Positions 8,939-21,980 are shown, numbered from the stretch's first letter. The stretch is DNA of 63,393 bases from Odoribacter sp. OttesenSCG-928-L07 (GCA_030265965.1 JAJDHA010000001.1:1-63393), one strand, 5' to 3'. Translations and numbers: made by a program. Notes: generated from the sequence alone by a model not told the origin.

Positions 8939-10261
8939 TTACTTAACAATAAATTTATCAGTATATATTTTGTTGTTATACTGCAAATTATAAAAATACA
9001 ATCCGGGTGCCCAACCTTTTACAGAAACAGATTCTCTATATTCACCTGATGCCACAGCAACTGGTTTGGAAAATATTGTTCGACCATGAATATCTGTTAT
9101 ATTTAATGCCACATTTGCACTTTCATTCAAATCAATATTAATTGTAATTAAGTTATTGGTGGGATTTGGGTAAACTGTAAACTTAACATTGCTATCAAAT
9201 TCTTGTTTTTCAATTCCAACAACAATATTATCAGGGATAGGGGCAATAATAACACCAAGTCCGTCTCCTCTAGATGAGAAAACGCTGCAAATAATATTTC
9301 CATCAGCAAAAACAAACCCCATTGGACAATCATAAAATGTAAGTTCAGGAATAGGAGAGTACCCTGGAAAATCATCTTTAAAATCAATCCAAGTTTCACC
9401 ATTATCTAAGGTGTACCATACACCATCAATAACGTGTCCTATAAACAATGCATCTCCATAAAAATCAAGAACTCTTACACTCGTTGAAAGGCCATCGGGT
9501 ATATTCATAACTGTCCAGTTCTCACCATCCGAAGTATAACGGATAGCTTGAGGAATTCCATGCGCATTATGATTAACATATAATATATCGTTGTGAACAA
9601 CTGCTCCTGAGTTGTACCAAGCATCATTTATCATATTCCATAAATCACTATCCTCATCATAAGTCCAAATACCAAAAGCTGCCAAGTTATACAATTTACC
9701 TTTATAAGCTCTGAGTCCGTAACACCATTGGCCACCATCTTCGGGGTTCTCTAATAAAAGTGATTCTCTGTCTGTCATTACCCATGTTTCACCCCAATCT
9801 TCACTGTAGGCAATACCTAAATATAAAACAGAAGCATATATTCTTTCATTATGATATTCCATTGCATAAATGGGATAACTATCAGTGATATTTTCTCCAA
9901 TGGCTTCGGAAAGATTGGATAATGTCCATGTTTCGCCGTTATCGTGCGAAATAGCAATGTTTCCAAAAAGTCCTCCCATATAAACAGAATTTTCAACCAC
10001 GACATAAGCTGAATAATTATAACCGGCAACATTGCATTCTTCCCAAGAACCAGCATTATCTTTTGAGATGTAGAGTTTCCCGTTATTATCCGGATATTTA
10101 TCTACAGCCGCAATTATATTACCATTTGCCGTTTTACATATTGTCCAAGTCGATGCTTCGGGAAAGTTTGCCGGTTTCCATTGCTGTGATAATGCTAAGT
10201 TGAAATTTAATGAGATTATTCCCATTAAGAAAATTGAAATTAAGGTAGATTTTTTCATCAT
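8939..10261 (-). CDS. T9SS-secreted beta-propeller protein (Asp-box repeats + type A C-terminal sorting domain)
   Basis: Repeated S-x-D-x-G-x-(T/S)-W (SKDNAGSW, SHDNGETW, SEDWGETW, TLDNGETW); C-terminal VYPNP...DIHGR...PGLYFY...KFIVK; likely start MMKKST. Confidence 0.85.
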   Translation of the reverse strand: MMKKSTLISIFLMGIISLNFNLALSQQWKPANFPEASTWTICKTANGNIIAAVDKYPDNNGKLYISKDNAGSWEECNVAGYNYSAYVVVENSVYMGGLFGNIAISHDNGETWTLSNLSEAIGENITDSYPIYAMEYHNERIYASVLYLGIAYSEDWGETWVMTDRESLLLENPEDGGQWCYGLRAYKGKLYNLAAFGIWTYDEDSDLWNMINDAWYNSGAVVHNDILYVNHNAHGIPQAIRYTSDGENWTVMNIPDGLSTSVRVLDFYGDALFIGHVIDGVWYTLDNGETWIDFKDDFPGYSPIPELTFYDCPMGFVFADGNIICSVFSSRGDGLGVIIAPIPDNIVVGIEKQEFDSNVKFTVYPNPTNNLITINIDLNESANVALNITDIHGRTIFSKPVAVASGEYRESVSVKGWAPGLYFYNLQYNNKIYTDKFIVK

Positions 10262-10375
10262 AACTATAAGTTTTAAGATTTTTAAATATAAATATTTATG
10301 TAAATGAAAAATGACATACATCCATTCAAGTACAAGTGCAAAGATATTGTATTAATATCCCAACAACCAAATTTT

Positions 10376-10397
10376 AAAGGTATACAAAGGGGATACA
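10376..10397. promoter_or_regulatory. Tandem 11-bp direct repeat upstream of the cargo-gene promoter
   Basis: AAAGGTATACA / AAGGGGATACA, 30-51 bp upstream of minus-strand TATCTTTG (10339-10346). Confidence 0.45.
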
Positions 10398-10521
10398 TAA
10401 TATAAATATTAATATTGAATGTCAATATATTATAATTTATATATTATTTCATCTTAAAAATAATGAGTTTTGTTTCGTCTAAAATGTGTTACTTTGCATT
10501 TAATATATTTTTCAGTCTTTT

Positions 10522-12213
10522 ATGAAACATATTTTATTTAAAACAGCAATTGTTTTCGGAATCGTTTGTTATTCAACCGGAGCATTTTCTCAAAAAAGCA
10601 ATATAAGTGATTTTTGGGAAGTAAGCCAAAAGGTGGAGGATATTTTACCATATAATTATTCCGAATCAATGGAACTACTAAATGATTTATACAATATTGC
10701 CGATTTATATCCTGAAAACAGTAACTATTACACAACATGCCTTTATTTGGAAAGTTTGATTAACTATAATAATTTCAAATATGACTCTCTCCTAATAAAT
10801 AAACTAAATGATCATTTAACATATCTACAGCATTATGAAGGAAGCAGTTTATTCAACATTGCTTTAACTGAATATGCTATAGCCGTTAATAACATAGTTT
10901 TGAACGAGTTTTTAGATAGTTTTTTTGCGGCAATGCATGCATTAGAAAACTTTAAAATCGAAAACAACACCTACTACATTGCAAAAACATTAAATCTTCT
11001 TGGAAATATCTCAAACCAAATTCATAGTCATCATTTAGCAAATGATTATTTTGTTGAAGCTTTGTCGTATCTTACTCCTACCGACAATTTATATTATCGT
11101 GTTAAATGCAACTTATATATGGCAAATTCCTTTCTACAAAATCATCCTCTATCATTGGTTGATTCTCTGTTATCATTAGTTGAACCTATAAAAACCGGTA
11201 ATCACCCATCATCCTTACTTCATTTATATGCGAATCTGAGCGGAATTTATTCATTCCTTGGGCAATATGAAAAATCATTTAAGTATTTGAAGATTATTGC
11301 CGCTTTACTTGATGAAAATCCCGAAATTAATAACAAATATTTTTACTATAATTTAAACTATAATACTGCCTATTATTATAATCAATTGAGCATGCATGAT
11401 TCTGCATTATATTATTTTGAGAAAACTTATGATATAGCTTTAATACTTAACAACCAGAACTTATCAAGTAGTTGCTTATTAGAAATATCAAATATATATA
11501 GTGGTTTAGATCAAAAAGACAGCGCATATTATTATCTGACGAAATATGTTGAGTTACAAGATAACATAAATAATAGAGCAAAAATGTTTGAAACATACCG
11601 CACTTATATAAATGCCATAATAAATTATTCGAAAAAAGAACTTAAAATAAAGGAAAAGGAACTCTACATGCGAAATATAGGTCTGATAATTTCAATTATT
11701 GCTGTAATAATAAGTATGCTATTGATGATTATGCTGTTAATAATAATTAAACAAAAAAAGAATAAACAACAACTTCTAAAAGAAAGTCTCGACTCAAAAG
11801 TAAGAGAAATAACTTCATATTCGATGCTACTTTCAAACAAGAATAACTTGCTTGTAAACATTATGGATAATGTAAATGAGCTGACTTCCAACGATAATAA
11901 CAAAACAAGGATTGAAGAAATTAACAATTTAATAAAAAACAACCTTCATACTGATCTTGATTGGGAAACTTTTGTAATGCACTTTGAAAAAGTTCATCCG
12001 AATTTCTTCAAAAATCTAAAAAAGAAATGTGATGATTTGACCACAACAAATCTTCGATTTTGCGCATATATTAGAATTGGATTGTCAACTAAAGAAATTG
12101 CAACGATTCAGAATATTGCAACAACATCTGTTAAAGTTGCACGTTTTAGACTAAAGAAAAAATTTGGATTGAACGAAAATGACAGCTTGGATGAATTTAT
12201 TACTAGAATGTAA
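10522..12213 (+). CDS. Membrane-spanning TPR + LuxR-type HTH regulator
   Basis: Signal peptide, TPR-like helices, one TM segment, C-terminal DWETFVMHFEKVHPNFF...LRFCAYIRIGLSTKEIA...RFRLKKK. Confidence 0.88.
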   Translation: MKHILFKTAIVFGIVCYSTGAFSQKSNISDFWEVSQKVEDILPYNYSESMELLNDLYNIADLYPENSNYYTTCLYLESLINYNNFKYDSLLINKLNDHLTYLQHYEGSSLFNIALTEYAIAVNNIVLNEFLDSFFAAMHALENFKIENNTYYIAKTLNLLGNISNQIHSHHLANDYFVEALSYLTPTDNLYYRVKCNLYMANSFLQNHPLSLVDSLLSLVEPIKTGNHPSSLLHLYANLSGIYSFLGQYEKSFKYLKIIAALLDENPEINNKYFYYNLNYNTAYYYNQLSMHDSALYYFEKTYDIALILNNQNLSSSCLLEISNIYSGLDQKDSAYYYLTKYVELQDNINNRAKMFETYRTYINAIINYSKKELKIKEKELYMRNIGLIISIIAVIISMLLMIMLLIIIKQKKNKQQLLKESLDSKVREITSYSMLLSNKNNLLVNIMDNVNELTSNDNNKTRIEEINNLIKNNLHTDLDWETFVMHFEKVHPNFFKNLKKKCDDLTTTNLRFCAYIRIGLSTKEIATIQNIATTSVKVARFRLKKKFGLNENDSLDEFITRM

Positions 12214-12418
12214 TTTAAAGTATTTACATACAAGCAAATTAGTCATATAAATAATACTTTTTCAAAACAGAATCCTTTTATGCTTTTTTAATTAATTTAC
12301 AATTTTCAAACCGATTTTCTTTATTACCTTTGTCAATTGTGTTAATTTGTTGTGGCTTAACTACAATTTACACAAGGTTAAAACGTTATATTCAAGAAAA
12401 AAATGAAAAAATAATTTT

Positions 12419-13900
12419 ATGGTAGTATTTATAAAAATCGTACAATTGTTATTATGTCTGTCCCTTTTAGTTATCGTTCATGAGTTCGGACATTTTATCG
12501 CAGCTAAAATATTTAAAGTTAGAGTAGAAAAATTTTATCTGTTTTTTAATCCGAAGTTTTCCATTTTAAGAGCTAAGAAATTTAATGACAAATGGCATTT
12601 TAAATTCTTCTCAAAAAACATTGTTAATGAACGACCAAAACTTGATGAATACGGTAATCAAATGACTGATTCAAAGGGTCGAATGATTTATGAACAAATT
12701 CCTATTGAAGAATTGAGCGACGACAATTGGATGAAATATCCTGAAACAACAGAATGGGGAATCGGCTGGGTGCCATTAGGCGGATATGTCAAAATCGCTG
12801 GGATGATCGATGAATCAATGGATATGGAACAAATGAAGAATGAACCTCAACATTATGAATTTCGTTCAAAACCTGCTTGGCAACGATTAATAATAATGCT
12901 CGGCGGTATTATTATGAATATCGTTGCAGCAATGGTTATTTATATCGGATTATTAGCAGCTTACGGTGAAGCTTATCTTCCAACAGATAATGTAAAATAC
13001 GGAATTACAGTCGATTCATTAGGTTATGAAATGGGATTAAGAACCGGAGATAAAATTTTAAGCATTGACAACAACAAGGTTGAATCATTTTATAAAATTC
13101 CGGAAGAAATACTTCTTGAGCAAGCATCTACAATACAAGTTCTTAGAGATGGCGAAAAAGTTAATGTAACGATTCCCCAAGAAACAATGGGCAAAATCGT
13201 TAAAGCTCAAGAACTATTTATGAGTCCGCGCATTCCTTTTAACGTTGGCGGATTTTCTGAAGATTCTCCGGCAAAAATTGCAGGAATTGAAGTCAATGAT
13301 AGAATTATCGGCATAAATCATAATTACATGGATTTCTTCGATGAATACAAACCGGAATTACAAAAATATGCTAATCAGGATATTATTGTAAGTGTTATAA
13401 GAAATAATGACACATTAGATTATCCCGTTCATTTAAGTGAAGAAGCATTGCTCGGCGTATTTGTTACAGCATCAGGGGTTTTTGATTTCGCCGAAAAAAA
13501 TTATTCCTTCTTTGAAGCAGTCCCCGCCGGTTGTGCAAAAGCATTCACCGGAATTGGAAGTTATTTGAAACAACTGAAATTATTGTTCTCACCGGAAGTT
13601 AAAGCATACGAATCTGTTGGTAGTTTCATAACAATAGGAAGCATTTTCCCGGGAACTTGGGATTGGCAAGCCTTTTGGCAATTAACAGCATTCATCTCAA
13701 TCATTCTTGCGATAATGAATTTATTACCAATTCCGGCACTTGACGGAGGTCACGTTATTTTTACTCTTTACGAAATGATAACGAGAAGAAAACCAAGCGA
13801 TAAATTCTTGGAATACGCTCAAATAATAGGAATGCTCTTGATATTTGCATTGTTCGCTTTGGCAATGTGGAATGATATCACACGCTTTATTATAAAATAA
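12419..13900 (+). CDS. rseP: RIP metalloprotease RseP
   Basis: [17 protein letters not shown] region, [12 protein letters not shown]; promoter TACCTTTG 12325-12332. Confidence 0.95.
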   Translation: MVVFIKIVQLLLCLSLLVIVHEFGHFIAAKIFKVRVEKFYLFFNPKFSILRAKKFNDKWHFKFFSKNIVNERPKLDEYGNQMTDSKGRMIYEQIPIEELSDDNWMKYPETTEWGIGWVPLGGYVKIAGMIDESMDMEQMKNEPQHYEFRSKPAWQRLIIMLGGIIMNIVAAMVIYIGLLAAYGEAYLPTDNVKYGITVDSLGYEMGLRTGDKILSIDNNKVESFYKIPEEILLEQASTIQVLRDGEKVNVTIPQETMGKIVKAQELFMSPRIPFNVGGFSEDSPAKIAGIEVNDRIIGINHNYMDFFDEYKPELQKYANQDIIVSVIRNNDTLDYPVHLSEEALLGVFVTASGVFDFAEKNYSFFEAVPAGCAKAFTGIGSYLKQLKLLFSPEVKAYESVGSFITIGSIFPGTWDWQAFWQLTAFISIILAIMNLLPIPALDGGHVIFTLYEMITRRKPSDKFLEYAQIIGMLLIFALFALAMWNDITRFIIK

Positions 13901-13905
13901 TTATT

Positions 13906-15420
13906 ATGCAAAAAGTACTTTTAATGATATTAGACGGTTGGGGTATTGGCGATGGTTCGAAAGCTGATGTTATTAGCAATACACCTACACCGAATATAGA
14001 TAGATTGACAAAAAAATATCCGCATGCTACTTTGAAAACCAGCGGCGAAGATGTTGGACTTCCTGAAGGCCAAATGGGTAACTCCGAAGTAGGACATTTG
14101 AATATTGGCGCTGGAAGAGTTGTATATCAAGATCTTGTAAGAATAAACAAAGCATGTGAAGATAATTCAATCACGAAAATTCCAACGATTGTCGATGCAA
14201 TGAATTATGCGAAAGAAAATAATGTTGCAATACATTTTATCGGATTAGTTTCTGATGGTTGCGTTCATTCATCCGACAAACATTTATACAAACTTTGCGA
14301 TATCACAAAAGAATATGGCATTGAAGATGTTTTCATTCACGCAATTACTGATGGAAGAGATACCGACCCGCACAGTGGATTAGGTTTTATTAAAAATCTA
14401 AACAAACATTTGGAAACAAGTAATGGAAAAATCGCAACTGTTGCAGGTAGATACTATACAATGGATAGAGATAAACGTTGGGAGCGAGTAAAGCGCGGCT
14501 ATGATGCAATGGTTAATGGTATTGGAATTGTTGCACATTCTGCAGAAGAAGCTATAGAGAAATCTTATGTTAAGGATGTTACCGATGAATTCATCATTCC
14601 TACCGTAATACTTGATGATAACAATAAGCCCATTGCTTGCATCAAAGATAATGATGTTGTTATTAGTTTCAATTTTCGCAATGACCGCGCCCGTCAATAT
14701 ACGCGAGCGCTTACGCAGGAAGCATTTCCGGAATACGATATGAAACCATTAAATTTGTATTATCTAACAATGACTCCTTATGATGATACATTTAAAAATC
14801 TTCATGTTATCTTCGACAAAGAACATGTGCATGTTACCTTAGGAGAAGTTGTGTCAAAAAATTTATTGCGCCAAATAAGAATTGCGGAAACTGAAAAATA
14901 TGCTCACGTTACTTTCTTTTTTAATGGAGGTGTTGAAACTGAATTTCCGGGAGAAAAACGTATCTTAATTCCTTCTCCGAAAGTTGCAACTTATGACCTT
15001 CAACCGGAAATGAGCGCTTATGAAGTTAAAAATGCAATTGTCGAAGAAATCAATAATGAATCTGCTGACTTCATCTGTTTAAATTTTGCTAATGGCGATA
15101 TGGTAGGACATACCGGTGTTTACAGCGCAATTCAAAAAGCAATTACTGTTGTTGACGAATGTGTCGGCGAAATTGTGGATGCTTCGGAAAAACATGATTA
15201 CACGGTTATTATCATAGCCGATCATGGTAATGCCGACTACGCTTTGAATAGCGACGGCAGTCCGAATACCGCACACTCGCTAAATGTTGTACCAATAATT
15301 CTTGTTAGTGACAAATACACTAATGTAAATGACGGCAGACTATCCGATATTGCACCTACTATTTTAAAGATAATGGGAATAGAAATTCCGAAAGAAATGA
15401 CAGGAAATATTTTAGTTTGA
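13906..15420 (+). CDS. gpmI: 2,3-BPG-independent phosphoglycerate mutase
   Basis: [38 protein letters not shown]. Confidence 0.97.
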   Translation: MQKVLLMILDGWGIGDGSKADVISNTPTPNIDRLTKKYPHATLKTSGEDVGLPEGQMGNSEVGHLNIGAGRVVYQDLVRINKACEDNSITKIPTIVDAMNYAKENNVAIHFIGLVSDGCVHSSDKHLYKLCDITKEYGIEDVFIHAITDGRDTDPHSGLGFIKNLNKHLETSNGKIATVAGRYYTMDRDKRWERVKRGYDAMVNGIGIVAHSAEEAIEKSYVKDVTDEFIIPTVILDDNNKPIACIKDNDVVISFNFRNDRARQYTRALTQEAFPEYDMKPLNLYYLTMTPYDDTFKNLHVIFDKEHVHVTLGEVVSKNLLRQIRIAETEKYAHVTFFFNGGVETEFPGEKRILIPSPKVATYDLQPEMSAYEVKNAIVEEINNESADFICLNFANGDMVGHTGVYSAIQKAITVVDECVGEIVDASEKHDYTVIIIADHGNADYALNSDGSPNTAHSLNVVPIILVSDKYTNVNDGRLSDIAPTILKIMGIEIPKEMTGNILV

Positions 15421-15437
15421 AAAAATAAATTTCACTT

Positions 15438-16997
15438 ATGCTTAACACATTATCAAATATATTAACAAAACTGTTATCGGTAATTATCTTGATTATGTTA
15501 AGCGTTTTTTGTAATGCTCAATCCGAAGTCGAAAAAAAGTCAACCGACGATGAAAAAAAACCAACATTAATACAACTAATTCAGGCTGACGTTGCAAATA
15601 ATCATCGTTCTACAAATAATCAAATTTTAATAGGCAACGTTATCTTTAAACATGACGAAGCCTTCCTTTATTGCGATAGCGCATATTTGAATAAGAGTCG
15701 CAACGATTTAGAAGCTTTTGGTAAAGTACATGTTATTGAAAGTGACACAATCAATTTGTACGGAAAACATTTGATTTACAACGGTAATACAAAACTTGCA
15801 GAAATTAGTCGTGAGGTTTTATTGACAGATCCAACTACTAATCTTCGCACCGAAATTTTATTTTACGACAGAGCAAAACAAGTTGCGTATTATAATACCG
15901 GAGCAACAATTATTAATAGTGATAAAACTTTGGTAAGCAAACGAGGTATTTATAATTTAGATAATAAAGATTTCGATTTTTTTATTGATGTGGTAATAAC
16001 AGACCCTGAATATGTTTTAGAGGCAGATACGGTTTTTTATAATAGTAATACTGAAATTGCAAGAACAATTAGCAAAACAATTATTCACAATGGCGAAAAT
16101 ACAATATATTGTGAAAAGGGAATTTATGATTCTAAAGTTAAAAAATCATTTTTAAAAACAAATGTTGAAATACACTATAATGAATATATAGTTTTTTGTG
16201 ATAGCGCTTATTATAATGAATCAATAGAATATGCAGAGGCTTATAAAGATGTAATTACAATCGATACCGCAAATAATGTCAAATCTTGGTCGGAATATCT
16301 CGAATACAACAAAATAGGAGAATACGCATTTATTTCTGAGGATGCAGTAGCAAGAGCAGTAAACGAAGGCGATACTATTTTCCTTTTTGCAGACACTTTG
16401 TTCGCAAAATTTAATAATGAAACTGAAACTATTGATAAAGCATTCGCATATAATAATACAAAAATATTTAGTAATGATTATCAGTCTGCATGCGATTCGT
16501 TAGTGTATTATCATTCAGATTCAATCGCTGTGTTATATAATAGTCCTGCTTTGTGGTCGGGAAATAATCAAATTACCGGTGATTCAATTACATTCATAGT
16601 TAAAAATGAAACTCTTGAAAAAATTACTGCAACACCAAACGGATTTATTATTTCAGAAGATAGTCTCGGCGCATATAATCAAATTAAAGGCAAACTTATT
16701 GACTTATTTTTTGAAAACAATAAACTCGACAATGTTTTTGTTAATGGCAATTCTGAGATTTTATATTTTCTTAGAGAAGATGATGGGACAATGATTGGTC
16801 CTTATTATATCATTTCATCCGATTCAAGAATTTTCTTTAATGAAAATGAAATTTCGAAATTAATTAACCTTAGTAATCCTAAATCAGAACTTACACCTGA
16901 AGAAAAATCAGTAAAAGAAAAAGAAATTTTAACAGGATTCAAAAATAAATTTGATGAAATACCTGAAAAACCTACAAATAATAAGTTTTTTCGGTAA
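15438..16997 (+). CDS. OstA-like (LptA/LptD-N beta-jellyroll) envelope protein
   Basis: GNVIFKHD..LYCDSAY...AFGKV and repeated ADT/CDS strands; signal peptide. Confidence 0.75.
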   Translation: MLNTLSNILTKLLSVIILIMLSVFCNAQSEVEKKSTDDEKKPTLIQLIQADVANNHRSTNNQILIGNVIFKHDEAFLYCDSAYLNKSRNDLEAFGKVHVIESDTINLYGKHLIYNGNTKLAEISREVLLTDPTTNLRTEILFYDRAKQVAYYNTGATIINSDKTLVSKRGIYNLDNKDFDFFIDVVITDPEYVLEADTVFYNSNTEIARTISKTIIHNGENTIYCEKGIYDSKVKKSFLKTNVEIHYNEYIVFCDSAYYNESIEYAEAYKDVITIDTANNVKSWSEYLEYNKIGEYAFISEDAVARAVNEGDTIFLFADTLFAKFNNETETIDKAFAYNNTKIFSNDYQSACDSLVYYHSDSIAVLYNSPALWSGNNQITGDSITFIVKNETLEKITATPNGFIISEDSLGAYNQIKGKLIDLFFENNKLDNVFVNGNSEILYFLREDDGTMIGPYYIISSDSRIFFNENEISKLINLSNPKSELTPEEKSVKEKEILTGFKNKFDEIPEKPTNNKFFR

Positions 16998-17149
16998 TAT
17001 TAATGAATCTTAATTTTCTTTGCTTGTTTTTTCAAAAAACAAACCAATCAAACCATTGTTAATCAAGATTGTAAAATTTGTTAACATTTATTAACATTTT
17101 TTATTGAAAAAACTTGTCACAAAATCAAATTTATTTATACCTTTGTCAA

Positions 17150-17295
17150 GTTCTTTTTTTTGTATTTACAATGTGGTTGGTCGTCAGTTCGTCCCTTCCT
17201 TTTAGTTCCTAAAATAATGTGTGTATATATTTACCCCCCCTTTAGAAACGACCAACCCATTAAAGGTAGAAGCGATTGCTTCTACCTTTTTTTTT
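17150..17295 (+). ncRNA. Candidate standalone small RNA
   Basis: Promoter TACCTTTG 17138-17145; stem GGTTGGTCGT (17175-84)/ACGACCAACC (17248-57); terminator 17262-17295; pgi has its own promoter after it. Confidence 0.6.
17262..17295 (+). terminator. Rho-independent terminator
   Basis: AAAGGTAGAAGC-GATT-GCTTCTACCTTT followed by T run. Confidence 0.85.
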
Positions 17296-17315
17296 GTATA
17301 TTTGCCAAAAAAATT

Positions 17316-18605
17316 ATGAAAGCAATAAGTGTAAACAACAAGTTCTCAGAACAATTTATTCCAATCGAATTAAACAATATCATAATTAATGAATTAATTT
17401 CCGCCTATAATACATTAATTGATAAAACGGGCAAAGGGAAGGAATTTACCGGTTGGATTGACACGCCAAAATCTATTCTTGATTCATCTTTATTATATGA
17501 AGTAAATGAACACATCGGAAGTTTAAAAAACAAAATTGATTCTGTTGTAGTTATCGGGATTGGCGGTTCTTATCTTGGAGCAAAAGCAATTATTGATGCA
17601 TTAAATTATCAACATATTTCAAATGGAATAAAAATTCATTATGCCGGCAATGATCTTAACGGAATCAACCTGAGCAATTTACTCAACAACTTGGAACGTG
17701 AAGATTATGCTGTGGTAGTAATTTCAAAATCAGGGACTACAATAGAACCTGCAATAGCTTTCAGAATAATTAAGGAACATATTGAAAAGAAATACGGCAC
17801 TTCTGAAGCCGCAAATAGAATTATTGCAATTACAGACAAAGAAAAAGGTAAATTGCGCGAAACTGCTAATCAAAATAATTACAAAACATTCGTTATTCCT
17901 GATGATGTCGGCGGAAGATTTTCTGTGTTGACTCCCGTAGGATTGGTGCCGCTTGCTTTTGCCGGAATAGATATTAACGAACTTGTTAGAGGAGCCAATG
18001 ATATGGCAGAAATATGTACAAAGGAAAATGATATATCAAAAAACCCTGCTTTACAATATGCAATGACAAGATATAGCTTGCACGCATTAGGATTTGATGT
18101 TGAGATTCTTGTAAATTACCTCAACCAGCTTAACTCACTCTGTGAATGGTGGAAACAACTTTTTGGTGAAAGTGAAGGAAAAGATGGAAAAGGTTTATTT
18201 CCGGCAAGCACTTCATTTACAACAGATTTACATTCATTAGGACAATTTATCCAAGATGGCTCAAAAATACTCTTTGAAACAATTCTACATATAGAAAATA
18301 TTGACAAAGATGTCATAATTCCAAAAATTGAAAATGATTTCGACGGATTAAATTATCTTGCAGGAAAAAGTTTGCATCAAATAAATAAAATCGCTGAGGA
18401 AGCAACAACCCAAGCTCATGTTGACGGCGGTGTGCCAAACATTACCATTAATATTCCACAATTAAATGAGTATTATCTCGGACAATTAATATATATGTTC
18501 GAATTTGCTTGCGGCATTGGCGGTTATATGCTTGATGTAAATCCTTTCGACCAACCCGGAGTTGAAGCGTATAAAAAGAATATGTTTAAACTACTGCAAT
18601 ATTAA
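17316..18605 (+). CDS. pgi: Glucose-6-phosphate isomerase
   Basis: [43 protein letters not shown]; ATG 17316 follows promoter TATATTTG 17297-17304. Confidence 0.96.
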   Translation: MKAISVNNKFSEQFIPIELNNIIINELISAYNTLIDKTGKGKEFTGWIDTPKSILDSSLLYEVNEHIGSLKNKIDSVVVIGIGGSYLGAKAIIDALNYQHISNGIKIHYAGNDLNGINLSNLLNNLEREDYAVVVISKSGTTIEPAIAFRIIKEHIEKKYGTSEAANRIIAITDKEKGKLRETANQNNYKTFVIPDDVGGRFSVLTPVGLVPLAFAGIDINELVRGANDMAEICTKENDISKNPALQYAMTRYSLHALGFDVEILVNYLNQLNSLCEWWKQLFGESEGKDGKGLFPASTSFTTDLHSLGQFIQDGSKILFETILHIENIDKDVIIPKIENDFDGLNYLAGKSLHQINKIAEEATTQAHVDGGVPNITINIPQLNEYYLGQLIYMFEFACGIGGYMLDVNPFDQPGVEAYKKNMFKLLQY

Positions 18606-21372
18606 TAATTCTTTTCGGCACAAAAATAAATTTTTTGACCTCTTTACCTTCAGTCCATTTTTGCGCTTCAGGAGTTGCGAGAACTATTTTTTCAACCTCA
18701 TCTTGACTTAATGTTAAAGGTAAATTAATTTTAAATCTAACTTTTCCATTAAACGAAACAGGATATTCAAAACTATCTTCATGAACATATTTTGCATCGA
18801 AAACAGGATATGCTGCATATTCAACCGTTGTGTCATGTCCCGACAATTGCCATAATTCTTCTGCAATATGCGGTGCGTAAGGCGAAATTAAAACGGTAAG
18901 TTCATCTAAAATTTTTCTTTTATTACATTTTAACTCTGATAATTCATTTACTGCAATCATAAAACTTGCAACAGCCGTATTAAAAGAAAAGTTTTTAATA
19001 TCGGTTTCAACCTTATTGATTGTTTTATGTAAAACCTTCAACTCTTCTGCGGTTGGCTCTTCATCAGAGAGAATAAAGTTGTTATCTCTATCATGATATA
19101 ATCTCCACAATTTTTTCAAGAAACGAAATACACCTTCTATTCCGTTGGTATCCCATGGTTTATGCGATTCCAATGGTCCCAAAAACATTTCGTAGAGACG
19201 TAAAGTATCTGCGCCGTATTTTTCAACCAAGTCATCAGGATTTTGCACATTGAATTTCGACTTCGACATTTTTTCGATTTCCCAACCGCAAATGTATTTT
19301 CCATCTTCTAAGATAAATTCTGCACTTGCGTTTTCGGGACTTTGTTTTTTGAAAGCTTCAATATCGAGTTCATCATTTTTTACAATATTAATATCGACGT
19401 GCAAAGCAGAGGTGTCATAATCATTTTTCAGATTCAAAGAAACATATTTATTTGTGCCGTTTATACGATAAACGAAATTCGAACGTCCTTGTATTTTACC
19501 TTGATTGATAAGTTTTTGATACGGTTCCTCAGTAATAGCCACACCAATATCGAACAAAAATTTATCCCAAACACGCGAATAAATCAAATGACCTGATGCA
19601 TGTTCGTCGCCGCCCAAATACAAATCTACATTAACCCAATAACTTGCAGCTTCTTTTGAAACCAACTCATTATTGTTTTTCGAATCCATGTATCTCAGAT
19701 AATAAGCGCTTGAACCTGCAAATCCGGGCATTGTATTTACTTCTAAGGGATAACCTTTGTAAGTCCAATTTTTAGCGCGCGCCAAAGGAGGTTCGCCGCT
19801 TTCAGTCGGTAAAAACTTATCAACTTCCGGCAATTCCAAAGGCAAATCCTTTTCATCCATTGCGTAAGGAATTCCATCTTTATAATAGATTGGGAACGGT
19901 TCGCCCCAATATCTTTGTCTGCTGAAGATTGCATCACGAAGACGATAATTGATTTTTCCTTTACCGACATTCATCTCTTCAAGTTTTTTCACAACTGTAG
20001 AAATTGCTTCTTTCACATTCATTCCAGTAATAAATCCGGAGTTAATAATCACACCATCTTTAGAATCATAAGATTCTTCCCAAGTTGAAGTATCTTTTGG
20101 CTCATCGCCGGGAGCACAAACAACTTGTAAAACAGGAAGTCCGAAATGGCGAGCAAAAGCAAAATCTCTACTATCATGACCCGGAACAGCCATTATTGCG
20201 CCGGTTCCATAACCAGAAAGAACGTAATCGGCAATCCAAATTGGAACTTTTTCGTTTGTCAACGGATTTATTCCGTAAGCTCCGGTAAATACTCCGCTCA
20301 CAGTTTTAACTTCCGTCATTCTTTCGCGTTCGCTACGATTTTTAGCGTAGGTAACGTATTCTTCAACTTGAGCTTTGTTTTCAGGTTTAGTGATTATATC
20401 GACATAATCGTGTTCAGGAGCAAGTACCATAAAAGTTGAACCCCAGAGAGTATCAGGACGGGTTGTGAAGATTTCCAACTTCATATCAGGATGATTTTCA
20501 ATACCGAAGAAAACAGTTGCGCCTTCGGAGCGACCAATCCAGTTTCTTTGCATTTCTTTTAGGGATTCAGACCAATCGACAGTATTGAGTCCGTCGAGCA
20601 AACGTTGAGCGTAAGCTGTAATTCTCAAAATCCATTGCTGCATCTTTTTTCTTTCCACAGGAAATCCGCCTCTTTCAGATAATCCGTTGATTACTTCATC
20701 ATTAGCCAAAACAGTTCCGAGAGCAGGACACCAATTAACCCAAGTTTCAGCCAAATAAGCAAGACGATAATTCATAAGAATTTCTTGTTGTTCTGCTTCC
20801 GATTTAGAGTTCCACTCATCGGCGGTAAACGACATTGGCTCAGTACAAGCCAAATCCAAATCTTTTGTTCCTTGCAATGAAAAGACTTCGACAAGCTCAT
20901 CAATTGGCCGCGCACTATTCGCCTGATTGCAATAATAAGAATTAAATAATTGAATAAAAACCCATTGAGTCCATTTGTAATATTTCGGGTCAGAAGTTAC
21001 AACTTCTCTATCCCAGTCGAAAGAAAAACCAATTTTATCAAGTTGTTCTCTATATCTTTTGATATTTTTTTCGGTAGTAATAGCAGGATGTGTTCCTGTT
21101 TGGATTGCGTATTGTTCTGCAGGAAGTCCGAAAGCATCATAGCCCATCGGGTGCAACACATTAAAACCTTTGTGGCGCATAAATCGCGCATAAATATCCG
21201 AAGCAATGTAACCCAAAGGGTGACCGACATGCAAACCTGCTCCCGAAGGATAAGGAAACATATCAAGCACATAATATTTTTTCTTATTATTATCTATTTC
21301 CGTTTTAAACGTTTTATTTTCAGCCCAATACTTTTGCCATTTTTTTTCTATTTCCGAATGTTTATATTCCAT
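18586..21372 (-). CDS. leuS: Leucine--tRNA ligase
   Basis: [44 protein letters not shown]. Confidence 0.98.
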   Translation of the reverse strand: MEYKHSEIEKKWQKYWAENKTFKTEIDNNKKKYYVLDMFPYPSGAGLHVGHPLGYIASDIYARFMRHKGFNVLHPMGYDAFGLPAEQYAIQTGTHPAITTEKNIKRYREQLDKIGFSFDWDREVVTSDPKYYKWTQWVFIQLFNSYYCNQANSARPIDELVEVFSLQGTKDLDLACTEPMSFTADEWNSKSEAEQQEILMNYRLAYLAETWVNWCPALGTVLANDEVINGLSERGGFPVERKKMQQWILRITAYAQRLLDGLNTVDWSESLKEMQRNWIGRSEGATVFFGIENHPDMKLEIFTTRPDTLWGSTFMVLAPEHDYVDIITKPENKAQVEEYVTYAKNRSERERMTEVKTVSGVFTGAYGINPLTNEKVPIWIADYVLSGYGTGAIMAVPGHDSRDFAFARHFGLPVLQVVCAPGDEPKDTSTWEESYDSKDGVIINSGFITGMNVKEAISTVVKKLEEMNVGKGKINYRLRDAIFSRQRYWGEPFPIYYKDGIPYAMDEKDLPLELPEVDKFLPTESGEPPLARAKNWTYKGYPLEVNTMPGFAGSSAYYLRYMDSKNNNELVSKEAASYWVNVDLYLGGDEHASGHLIYSRVWDKFLFDIGVAITEEPYQKLINQGKIQGRSNFVYRINGTNKYVSLNLKNDYDTSALHVDINIVKNDELDIEAFKKQSPENASAEFILEDGKYICGWEIEKMSKSKFNVQNPDDLVEKYGADTLRLYEMFLGPLESHKPWDTNGIEGVFRFLKKLWRLYHDRDNNFILSDEEPTAEELKVLHKTINKVETDIKNFSFNTAVASFMIAVNELSELKCNKRKILDELTVLISPYAPHIAEELWQLSGHDTTVEYAAYPVFDAKYVHEDSFEYPVSFNGKVRFKINLPLTLSQDEVEKIVLATPEAQKWTEGKEVKKFIFVPKRIINIAVV

Positions 21373-21398
21373 AAAAGCAATTATTCTAATTAAAAATT

Positions 21399-21980
21399 TT
21401 ATTTGTGTTGATTAATATATTGTTGAATTTGACTTTCAATAACTTTAGGGTAGCACTCATATTCAAGAACATGAATTTTTTGTGCTAATGATTCTGCTGT
21501 ATCATCATTTTCAACATTACATTTAGCTTGAAAAATGATTTTACCTTCATCATAAATATTGTTCACATAATGAATTGTAATTCCCGATTCTGTTTCCTTA
21601 GCATCAATTACCGCATTATGAACATTAGTGCCGTACATTCCTTTTCCGCCGAATTTTGGCAGAAGCGCAGGATGAATATTAATGATTTTATTTGGGTATG
21701 CATCCACAATAAAATCCGGAACTAAGAGAAGGAATCCTGCGAGGATAATGAATTCGATTTCATTTTCTTGAAGAATTTTGAGAACACCTTCGCTATCTTT
21801 TAATTCTTTTGGTGAAAAAACGACGCAGGGAATATTCAACTTTTTTGCTCTTTCGATAACGTAAGCATCATTCTTATTTGTAAGAAACAACTTAACATTA
21901 ACCTTAGGATTTCCTTTAAAATAATTTGCGATATTTTCAGCGTTAGAACCATTTCCGGATGCGAATATTGCGATATTCAT
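21399..21980 (-). CDS. purN: Phosphoribosylglycinamide formyltransferase
   Basis: [28 protein letters not shown]; promoter at 22005-22012. Confidence 0.96.
   Translation of the reverse strand: MNIAIFASGNGSNAENIANYFKGNPKVNVKLFLTNKNDAYVIERAKKLNIPCVVFSPKELKDSEGVLKILQENEIEFIILAGFLLLVPDFIVDAYPNKIINIHPALLPKFGGKGMYGTNVHNAVIDAKETESGITIHYVNNIYDEGKIIFQAKCNVENDDTAESLAQKIHVLEYECYPKVIESQIQQYINQHK

Noticed and set aside
12620-12760. Extra segment in the RseP N-terminal region
   Set aside because: In frame, normal composition, no intein or repeat hallmarks; probably a lineage-specific loop.
17160-17315. 52-aa N-terminal extension of pgi in the ORF track
   Set aside because: It runs through a terminator and the pgi promoter; ATG 17316 is the plausible start.
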